From NCBI GenBank assembly GCA_951406725.2, contig OX597833.1:10478001-10542000 (forward strand): a stretch of DNA of 64,000 nt, in the 5' to 3' direction. Every line of letters starts with the position of its first letter. Position 1 is the stretch's first letter. The DNA is from Octopus vulgaris. Lineage: Eukaryota. Of this stretch, positions 54,452-64,000 are shown in pieces. The notes under the pieces are model-generated. The model did no database searches, was not told where the DNA came from, and was given only the letters and a program-made list of their open reading frames with translations. Position numbers and translations under genes: made by a program.

Positions 54452-56460
54452 CTTTTGCCCTATCTGACCCTCTTGTTAACTTTTGCCCTATCTGACCCTC
54501 TTGCTAACCTTTGCCCTATCTGACCCTCTTGTTAACTTTTGCCCTATCTGACCCTCTTGCTAACTTTTGCTCTATCTGACCCTCTTGCTAACTTTTGCCC
54601 TGTCTGACCCTCTTGTTAACTTTTGCCCTATCTGACCCTCTTGCTAACTTTTGCCCTATCTGACCCTCTTGTTAACTTTTGCCCTATCTGACCCTCTTGC
54701 TAACTTTTGCCCTATCTGACCCTCTTGTTAACTTTTGCCCTATCTGACCCTCTTGTTAACTTTTGCCCTATCTGACCCTCTTGCTAACTTTTGCCCTATC
54801 TGACCCTCTTGTTAACTTTTGCCCTATCTGACCCTCTTGTTAACTTTTGCCCTATCTGACCCTCTTGCTAACTTTTGCCCTATCTGACCCTCTTGCTAAC
54901 TTTTGCCCTATCTGACCCTCTTGCTAACTTTTGCCCTATCTGACCCTCTTGTTAACTTTTGCCCTATCTGACCCTCTTGTTAACTTTTGCCCTATCTGAC
55001 CCTCTTGCTAACTTTTGCCCTATCTGACCCTCTTGTTAACTTTTGCCCTATCTGACCCTCTTGCTAACTTTTGCCCTATCTGACCCTCTTGCTAACTTTT
55101 GCCCTATCTGACCCTCTTGTTAACTTTTGCCCTATCTGACCCTCTTGCTAACTTTTGCCCTATCTGACCTTCTTGTTAACTTTTGCCCTATCTGACCCTC
55201 TTGCTAACTTTTGCCCTATCTGACCCTCTTGCTAACTTTTGCCCTATCTGACCCTCTTGTTAACTTTTGCCCTATCTGACCCTCTTGCTAACTTTTGCCC
55301 TATCTGACCCTCTTGTTAACTTTTGCCCTATCTGACCCTCTTGCTAACTTTTGCCCTATCTGACCCTCTTGTTAACTTTTGCCCTATCTGACCCTCTTGT
55401 TAACTTTTGCCCTATCTGACCCTCTTGTTAACTTTTGCCCTATCTGATCCTCTTGCTAACTTTTGCCCTATCTGACCCTCTTGTTAACTTTTGCCCTATC
55501 TGACCCTCTTGTTAACTTTTGCCCTATCTGACCCTCTTGCTAACTTTTGCCCTATCTGACCCTCTTGCTAACTTTTGCCCTATCTGACCCTCTTGCTAAC
55601 TTTTGCCCTATCTGACCCTCTTGCTAACTTTTGCCCTATCTGACCCTCTTGCTAACTTTTGCCCTATCTGACCCTCTTGCTAACTTTTGCCCTATCTGAC
55701 CCTCTTGCTAACTTTTGCCCTATCTGACCCTCTTGCTAACTTTTGCCCTATCTGACCCTCTTGTTAACTTTTGCCCTATCTGACCCTCTTGTTAACGTTT
55801 GCCCTATCTGACCCTCTTGCTAACTTTTGCCCTATCTGACCCTCTTGCTAACTTTTGCCCTATCTGACCCTCTTGCTAACTTTTGCCCTATCTGACCCTC
55901 TTGCTAACTTTTGCCCTATCTGACCCTCTTGCTAACTTTTGCCCTATCTGACCCTCTTGCTAACTTTTGCCCTATCTGACCCTCTTGCTAACTTTTGCCC
56001 TATCTGACCCTCTTGCTAACTTTTGCCCTATCTGACCCTCTTGCTAACTTTTGCCCTATCTGACCCTCTTGCTAACTTTTGCCCTATCTGACCCTCTTGT
56101 TAACTTTTGCCCTATCTGACCCTCTTGTTAACGTTTGCCCTATCTGACCCTCTTGCTAACTTTTGCCCTATCTGACCCTCTTGCTAACTTTTGCCCTATC
56201 TGACCCTCTTGTTAACTTTTGCCCTATCTGACCCTCTTGTTAACTTTTGCCCTATCTGACCCTCTTGCTAACTTTTGCCCTATCTGACCCTCTTGTTAAC
56301 TTTTGCCCTATCTGACCCTCTCGTTAACCTTTGACGTATCTCACCCTCTCGTTAACCTTTGCCCTATCTGACCCTCTCGTTAACCTTTGATGTATCTCAC
56401 CCTCTCGTTAACCTTTGACGTATCTGACCCTCTCGTTAACATTTGACGTATTTCACCCTC
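54452..56460 (+). repeat. 28-bp minisatellite, about 70 copies
   Basis: Unit ttttgccctatctgaccctcttg(c/t)taac; register recurs every 420 nt (15 x 28). Confidence 0.97.
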
Positions 56461-56477
56461 TACTTTAATAATTTCAG

Positions 56478-56594
56478 GTTTGGTGCAAGATGTTTGAACC
56501 GCTGCACTCATTGAACTTTAGTATTGGAGGTGACCAGACACAGAACCTGCTTTGGAGGCTATGTAATGGAGAACTGAATGACATTCAGCCGAAG
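56478..56594 (+). CDS. PAFAH1B2: PAFAH1B2/3-like internal coding exon
   Basis: tttcag ... gtaagt; 117 nt; VWCKMFEPLHSLNFSIGGDQTQNLLWRLCNGELNDIQPK matches the family motif PLHALNFGIGGD..LWRL.NGEL..I.PK. Confidence 0.95.
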
Positions 56595-57866
56595 GTAAGT
56601 TCATTTGGTAAACACATTTATACATACATATGGTTCTCTGTCGAAATCAAACTCGGTGACTGGCATCCGTTGCTAGTGGAGCACTAAGAGTACCATACGA
56701 GTGAGATCGTTGCCAGAGCAACAAGCTGGCCTTCGTGCCGATGGCACGTTAAGCACACCATTCGAGTGTGATCGTTGCTGTGTCACCTTACTAGCACTTG
56801 TACTGGTGGCACGTGAAACATTCGAGCGAGGTCGTCGCCAGTGCCGCTGGACTGGCTCCTGTGCAGGTGGCACGTAAAAAGAACCATTTGGGTGTGGCTG
56901 TTGCCAGTACCACCAAACTGGCCCTCGTGCCGGTGGCACGTAAAAGCACCCACTACACTCTCGGAGTGGTTGGTGTTAGGAAGGGTATCCTGCTGTAGAA
57001 ACACTGTCTGATCAGAGTGGAGTCTGGTTCACTAGACCACAGTCAAATCGTCCAACCCATGCTAGCATGGAAAGCGGACGTTATATGATGATGATGATGA
57101 TAATAAGGAAGACTGTGGGAACAAATTTGGCAATTTTTGGCAAAATCTGTACCCTTTTACCAAGTTATAACAAAAAGTTAGTGAAATATTTAAAATGTCT
57201 ACAGTTTGATAGATAGACAAATATAACAAAATAATTTGACAAAAAATGTGAATTTTTAATTATTTTCTGAGATTTTACAAAAACAAAAAAAATTTTTTTG
57301 GATGGTTTGACCAGGGCTGGTCAGCTGGAAGGCTGCACCAGACTCCAGTCTGATTAGGCATGGTTTCTACAGCTTGATGCCCTTCCTAACAGCAACCACT
57401 CTGAGAGAGAAATGGGTGCTTTTATGTACCACCAACATGGGTGCCATTTACGTGACACCAGCATCCGCCACAACTATGATTTCACTTGGCTTCACGGGTC
57501 TTCTACTCAAGCGCAGCATTTTGCTGAAGGTCTGTCATTTGTCATTTCCCCCATGAGGCCCACTGTTCAAAAGGTGCTTTTTACATGGGTCTCTGTATAT
57601 ATGAGTGTGTATGCATATATGTATATATATATTTCTTTACTGCCCACAAGGGGCTAAATATAGAGAGGACAAACAAGGACAGACAAACGGATTAAGTCGA
57701 TTATATCAATCCCAGTGTGTAACTGGTACTTAATTTATCGACCCCGAAAGGATGAAAGGCAAAGTCAACCTCGGCGGAATTTGAACTCAGAACGTAGAGG
57801 CAGATGAAATACGGCTACGCATTTCGCCCGGCATGCTAACGTTTCTGCCAGCTCATCGCATATATG

Positions 57867-57899
<33 letters not shown>

Positions 57900-58881
57900 C
57901 AACACATACCTACATACATATACACACAGAGAACTACTGACATATACACATACTCACACCTCCAAATATACACACACACACACAGACGTACATACACTCG
58001 TACATGCAAACACACATGACACATCTACAAACATACACATACATATGCTTACACACACACAAACATACATATTTGCATGCATACATACTCACACACACAC
58101 ACACACACGCATTTTCTCATTTTTTTTGCCTGTGAAATATTTTCAATGACACGAAGACCTGTTGAGGCAAGTGAAATCGAAATCAATCAAAAATCAATGG
58201 AAATTGTAGTTGTGATACCAGTGCCGGTGGCATGTAAAAAGCACCATCCGAACGTGGCTGTTGCCAGTGCCGCCTCGACTGGCCTCTGTGCCGGTGGCAC
58301 ATAAAAAGGACCTCCCGATCACGGCCGTTGCCAGCCTCGCCTGGCACCTGTGCCGGTGGCATGTAAAAAGCACCATCCGAACGTGGCCGTTGCCAGTGCC
58401 GCCTCGACTGGCCGCTGTGCCGGTGGCACATAAAAAGGACCACCCAATCGTTGCCTCGCCTGGCACGTAAAAAGCACTCACAACTACTCTTAGAGTAGTT
58501 GGCGTTAAGAAGGGCATCCAGCTGTAGAAACACTGCCAGATCAGACTGGAGCCTGGTGCAGCCTCCGGGCATCCCAGACCCCGGTCGAACTGTCCAACCC
58601 ATGCTAGCATGGAAAACGGACGTTAAACGATGATGATGATGATGATTGTTACGATTTTTAAACGGTCATTTTTTTCATACTCGCATGAGTCAGATAAAAC
58701 TTGAGGCTGGATTTTCCTATGGTTCAACGCTTTTCGTGTTGCCTCTCATGTTTGCAAGCAAGGAAGGTAATATTTCTTCCAAGTCCTTCAAACAACAAAT
58801 AACATGAATGACCGCTCCTGCTTTTCTGGAGGATTGCAAACAATCAACACCGTTTCAAAGAATGGTGAGTTTTGTTAACAA

Positions 58882-59186
58882 CTAGCAGTATCGCCTGGCG
58901 TTGCTCGGGTTTGTAAGGGAAATAACTATATAAGCATTTTTGGAGAGTTACTCCCCTTATATAACCCAAGCAAAAATCATTAAAAATGCGGGAAAATGAT
59001 TGTAAATTTTTTTAAATCGTAGACTCATCGTAGACGTGCGCTAATACCCAGAAGGGCTCAATATGAATGACGACTATAAGATACCCGCTTTTCGTTAAAC
59101 TGCACCGCAAAATGTGGGAGTAGTTAGGAATCTAAATCAGAGGAGACAGAATCTCACACACACAACTTCAATTTTATATATAAAGA
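58882..59186 (-). mobile_element. Non-autonomous Helitron (same subfamily as 17976)
   Basis: a|ctagcagtatcgcctggcgttgctcggg ... tatataaaga|t. Confidence 0.82.
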
Positions 59187-59295
59187 TTAGTGCTTGCACA
59201 AGACAAAAGTAAAAACATCACACACACACAAACACGCCCCTATGCGATGGGCTTTTTACAGTTTCCATTATTGATTTCTCTCTTTTCTTTTCTAG

Positions 59296-59418
59296 ATAAT
59301 CGTTATTTTGATTGGAACTAACAACCATGACCACACTGCTGAAGAAGTCTCTGAAGGAATCATGAAGATTGCTCAGACAATCGCTGAGAAACAACCTCAA
59401 AGTAATATAATAGTTATG
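59296..59418 (+). CDS. PAFAH1B2: PAFAH1B2/3-like internal coding exon
   Basis: ttcttttctag ... gtaaga; 123 nt; IIVILIGTNNHDHTAEEVSEGIMKIAQTIAEKQPQSNIIVM has the SGNH block-III GTNN motif. The first coding exon and the last exon (GLLPRG...DxxH) were not found in the window. Confidence 0.95.
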
Positions 59419-59702
59419 GTAAGAATCTTTGCGCCTCACATGTCTTTTGAAAAGTCCCCATTCCTATCTAGGTGCCATCGTGTACCTCTTTACTCTTTTA
59501 CTCTCTTTTACTTGTTTCAGTCATTTGACTGTGGCCATGCTGGAGCACCGCCTTTAGTCGAGCAAATCGACCCTAGGACTTATTCTTTGTAAGCCTAGTA
59601 CTTATTCTATCGGTTTCTTTTTGCCAAACTGGTAAGTTACAGGGACGTAAACACACCAGCATCGGTTGTCAAGCGATGTTAGGGGGACAAAGACAGACAT
59701 AT

Positions 59703-59740
<38 letters not shown>

Positions 59741-59848
59741 AAAAATTCAGGGTGAATACTTGATAATTGTTAGCACCTGTATATACCATTTAGTGGTGTA
59801 GATGATAGAGTGTATATATCAAGATAAAAACATAATGCAAAGGATTTA

Positions 59849-59930
59849 GTGGTACATATGTTTCGGGCCTTTATTAGATGGTTTATAACATAATTGATGT
59901 AAATGTGTGTCTATGGCCTTCTTCAGCCGC
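59849..59930 (-). ncRNA. Type-I hammerhead ribozyme in an element (~59740-60005) inside the (TA)n spacer of a SINE
   Basis: Minus strand: gcgg-CTGAAGA-aggcc...ggccc-GAAA-catatg-TA-ccac; palindromic stem III, one stem I mismatch. Confidence 0.7.
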
Positions 59931-60451
59931 GTACAATTACTACTTCAAGGACATGTATTACATTATAAGTTTTACGTTGGGGTTGCAAATCCTCATAGTC
60001 GCGTACACATATATACGATGGGCTTCTTTCAGTTTCCGTCTACCAAATCCACTCACAAGGCTTTGGTCGGCCCGAGGCTATAGTAGAAAACACTTGCCCA
60101 AAACGGACTTCTTTCAGTTTCCGTCTACCAAGTCCACTCACAAGGCTTTGGTCAGCCCGAGGCTATAGTAGAAGACACTTGCCCAAGGTGCCGCGCAGTG
60201 GGACAGAACCTGGAGCCATGTGGTTGGTAAGCAAGCTACTTACCACACAGCCACTCCTACGCCTATGCTTTTTACTGTGTATTGATTACACTACAAGACA
60301 ATTCTAAAGTCTTTCTCCATTAAGTGTGGGAGCAGTTGAGGCATTCAACCATAGAAAATCTGGTGTTATTTTGGCATGTGATCTACAACTTAAAGGGAGA
60401 TTACTTTAGGTTATTTTTTTAGTTCATTTATCAATTTCTAAAAACACTTAA

Positions 60452-60672
60452 CCCTTTCGTTACTGTACTTCTGTTGAGATGCTCTGTATTTCTTTCAATT
60501 ATTTTAAATATAACAAAGAATTTAGTAAAATAACTTTGTTATCATTCAGCTAGTGTTAGGAACATAAATTGTGACTAAGGTTTGGTGAAAGATTTTAATT
60601 CAGAACTTTTGAAAACCAGACATTTGTACAACACAGCTAGAGCCAGTTTCAGTCAGGTTGGTAACAAAAGGG
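60452..60672. mobile_element. piggyBac-like MITE
   Basis: ttaa|ccctttcgttac ... gtaacaaaaggg|ttta; homologous to 54010-54231. Confidence 0.75.
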
Positions 60673-60951
60673 TTTACATGTTGGTTACAGATTTTTTTGC
60701 AAATTCTTGTGTTCATACTTAGCATTGTAAATTTATGTTTTCAAAATTCTTACTATTTTAATAATAATAATAAAGCCATGTTTCATTTATGTTTTCGTAA
60801 ATAATATAAGAAACGAAGAATAAACAAGATAATAATTCAAATAAGCATGTAGATTACACAAGTTTCGCAGCCGTGAATTCTGCAATGTAAAGTAATCAGC
60901 CTTGAAGTTGTGGATCACACGCCAAAGTAGCACCTTGATAAGTCTGCCTCG

Positions 60952-62172
60952 ATAATAATAATAATGAAATTATTGTATACAGTGCTCAGGTGCACCACAA
61001 CTTGTCAGAAAGTGCGTATAGAGTATATGCAGTAATGTACAAATGTCTGGAAAGCGAACAGTGTATGAGTCAGATACATGCTTGTGTGTATGGAGGGGAG
61101 AAAATCAGGGGTAGTGTTGGCGAATCTCAGGAAGCATGGAAGTATTGAAGGATGCAGTGCTCCGACAACTAACAACTGATGCCGGCAGTTTGTTCCATGC
61201 TTCAGCGTGTGTATAGAGGGGAGAAAATCAGGTGTAGTGTTGGCGAATCTCAGAAAGCATGGAAGTTTTGAAGGATGCAGTGCTCCAACAACTAACAACT
61301 GATGCCGGCAGTTTGTTCCATGCTTCAGCGTGTGTATAGAGGGGAGAAAATCAGGTGTAGTGTTGGCGAATCTCAGGAAGCATGGAAGTTTTGAAGGATG
61401 CAGTGCTCCAACAACTAACAACTGATGCCGGCAGTTTGTTCCATGCTTCAGCGTGTGTATAGAGGGGAGAAAATCAGGTGTAGTGTTGGCGAATCTCAGA
61501 AAGCATGGAAGTTTTGAAGGATGCAGTGCTCCAACAACTAACAACTGATGCCGGCAGTTTGTTCCATGCTTCAGCGTGTGTATAGAGGGGAGAAAATCAG
61601 GTGTAGTGTTGGCGAATCTCAGGAAGCATGGAAGTTTTGAAGGATGCAGTGCTCCGACAACTAACAACTGATGCCGGCAGTTTGTTCCATGCTTCAGCAG
61701 GTGTAGTGTTATCTCAGGAAGCATGGAAGTTTTGAAGGATGCAGTCTCCGACAACTAACAACTGATGCCGGGCAGTTTGTTCCATGGTGTATAGAGGGGA
61801 GAAAATCAGGTGTAGTGTTGGCGAATCTTAGGAAGCATGGAAGTTTTGAAGGATGCAGTACTCCGACAACTGGCAACTGATGCCGGCAGTTTGTTCCATG
61901 CTTCAGCGTGTGTATAGAGGGGAGAAAATCAGTGTAGTGTTGGCGAATCTCAGGAAGCATGGAAGTTTTGAAGGATGCAGTGCTCCAACAACTAACAACT
62001 GATGCCGGCAGTTTGTTCCATGCTTCAGCGTGTGTATAGAGGGGAGAAAATCAGGTGTAGTGTTGGCGAATCTCAGGAAAGCATGGAAGTTTTGAAGGAT
62101 GCAGTGCTCCAACAACTAACAACTGATGCCGGCAGTTTGTTCCATGCTTCAGCGTGTGTATAGAGGGGAGAA
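60952..62172 (-). repeat. CR1/L2-like LINE 3' end amplified into a 120-bp tandem array (about 9 copies, running into the gap)
   Basis: Unit encodes AEAWNKLPASVVSC(W/R)STASFKTSMLPEIRQHYT* (WNxLP..VV....FK motif); single 3' UTR with (ATT)n tail at 60952-61085. Confidence 0.85.
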
Positions 62173-62272
62173 NNNNNNNNNNNNNNNNNNNNNNNNNNNN
62201 NNNNNNNNNNNNNNNNNNNNNNNNNNNNNNNNNNNNNNNNNNNNNNNNNNNNNNNNNNNNNNNNNNNNNNNN
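62173..62272. other. Assembly gap (100 N)
   Basis: Run of N between two different tandem arrays. Confidence 1.
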
Positions 62273-62930
62273 AGTCGATAAATTAAGTACTAGTTGCGTA
62301 CTGGGGTCGATGTAATCGACTTAATACCTATGTCTGTCCTTTTTTGTCCTCTCTGTGTTTAGCCCCTTGTGGGTAGTAAAGAAATAGGTATTTCGTTTGT
62401 CTTCATGTTCTGAGTTCAAATTCCGCCGAGGTCGACTTTGCCTTTCATCCTTTCAGAGTCGATAAATTAAGTACTAGTTGCGTACTGGGGTCGATGTAAT
62501 CGACTTAATACCTATGTCTGTCCTTTTTTTGTCCTCTCTGTGTTTAGCCCCTTGTGGGTAGTAAAGAAATAGGTATTTCGTCTGTCTTTACGTTCTGAGT
62601 TCAAATTCTGCCGAGGTCGACTTTGCCTTTCATCCTTTCAGAGTCGATAAATTAAGTACTAGTTGCGTACTGGGGTCGATGTAATCGACTTAATACCTAT
62701 GTCTGTCCTTTTTTTGTCCTCTCTGTGTTTAGCCCCTTGTGGGTAGTAAAGAAATAGGTATTTCGTCTGTCTTTACGTTCTGAGTTCAAATTCTGCCGAG
62801 GTCGACTTTGCCTTTCATCCTTTCAGAGTCGATAAATTAAGTACTAGTTGCATATTGGGGGTCGATCTAATCAACTGCCCCCCCTCCCCCAAAATTTCAG
62901 GCCTTGTGCCTAGAGTAGAAAAGAATATTA
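62273..62930 (+). mobile_element. SINE B tandem array (about 4 near-identical monomers) starting at the gap
   Basis: ~182-bp monomers sharing private variants (tttcagagtcg, gtactagttg). Confidence 0.88.
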
Positions 62931-62974
62931 TATTAACTGTCCGCTGTACTCTGATTGAATTTTTTTTTTTGCAG

Positions 62975-63124
62975 TGCGCTTGGTCATTGGTTGTGTTATA
63001 CAGTGGAGGAATGGACTTCCTGCTGGACCTGGTCAGTTTCATCTCCTGTTTGGTCGCACTGGTCATTGCAGTAGCCTTGATATACTACAAAATCAAACAG
63101 CCTAACGTGAAACGGCCCTACAAG
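62975..63124 (+). CDS. Exon of an SLC7/LAT-type (APC superfamily) amino-acid transporter
   Basis: Poly-T + gcag acceptor and gtgagt donor; 150 nt; CAWSLVVLYSGGMDFLLDLVSFISCLVALVIAVALIYYKIKQPNVKRPYK has two hydrophobic segments and the P..RP.K motif typical after TM10 in LAT transporters. Confidence 0.82.
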
Positions 63125-64000
63125 GTGAGTACCACTTGATCGTTCAGTGCTGATGAGGTACAAGGGAGGCGGGGCTAGATGTGGTTGCTAAGTCTGCTAG
63201 AAATATCAGTCAAATCTCCACCAATACTAAAAAGGAAGGACACATTAGGTAACATAGTCCTAGGCGCAGGAGTGGCTGTGTGGTAAGTAGCTTGCCTACC
63301 AACCCCGTGGTTCCGGGATCAGTCCCACTGCGTGGTATCTTGGGCAAGTGTCTTCTGCTATAGCCCCGGGCCGACCAATGCCTTGTGAGTGGATTTGGTA
63401 GACGGAAACTGAAAGAAGCCTGTCGTATATATGTATATATATGTGTGTGTGTGCGTGTATGTTTGTGTGTTTGCGTTTGTCCCCCTAGCATTGCTTGACA
63501 ACCGATGCTGGTGTATTTACGTCCCCGTCACTTGGCGGTAGAATAAGTACTAGGCTTACAAAAGAATAAGTCCCGGGGTCGATTTGCTCCAGCATGGCCG
63601 CAGTCAAATGACTGAAACAAGTAAAAGAGAGAAAGAATAGCTGAATAAAACTAAGAGGGGATGGCCACATCATCATCGTCTCATCATTTAATGCTTGTTT
63701 TCTATGCTGGCATGAGTTGGATGGCTTGAGGGGAACTGACAGGGCTAGAAATCATACCCTATTCCATAGCCTTGGCTTGGTTTCTACAGCCAGATGCCCT
63801 TCTTAACGTCACCCACTTTGCAGAGTGTACTGGGTGCTTTTTATGTGGCACCAGCACCCAGATCAATGCTTTTTTATGCTATACCTTGGTTTCAGAATCT
63901 CAGTTCTGTTGTGGTGGGCAAGTATTCTTGAGGACAGCAAAGCACCACATATCTTGGTCCTCTGTCATGATTATTGATTTGCTAGAAATAGCAGTCAAGT

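Noticed and set aside
54452-56460. CRISPR-like array of 28-bp repeats
   Set aside because: No spacers, eukaryotic context and no cas genes.
60850-60905. Additional minus-strand hammerhead (CTGATTA...GAAA-cttgtg-TA)
   Set aside because: Core lacks G8, stem III is not palindromic and stem I does not pair.
61005-61754. 249-aa repetitive ORF as a real gene
   Set aside because: Alternative frame of a tandemly amplified CR1 3' end.

Overview
Repeat-saturated eukaryotic intronic DNA. The SINE families and the density of (TA)n/(CA)n/(GATA)n microsatellites suggest an octopus-like cephalopod (inference). Almost all ORFs in the track are artefacts of microsatellites or SINEs. Real coding content: three + strand exons (90, 117, 123 nt) of a PAF-acetylhydrolase IB alpha subunit gene (PAFAH1B2/3-like, SGNH hydrolase) and, after a 100-N gap, one 150-nt exon of an SLC7/LAT-type amino-acid transporter. 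The rest is tRNA-derived SINEs, truncated RTE, CR1 and restriction-like-endonuclease (RLE) LINEs, non-autonomous Helitrons, Tc1/mariner, piggyBac, Merlin and hAT-like MITEs, and minisatellites. The main hidden signal is a set of sequence-divergent short non-coding elements lodged in (TA)n tracts, often the spacer inside a SINE. They carry type-I hammerhead ribozyme folds with palindromic stem III and direct or inverted terminal repeats (Penelope pseudo-LTR/retrozyme-like), including one 493-nt unit with a 252-nt direct repeat. Also notable: a ~2-kb AG-free, branch-point-like 28-bp minisatellite abutting a splice acceptor, and a SINE insertion that carries a copy of the flank of another SINE 15 kb away.
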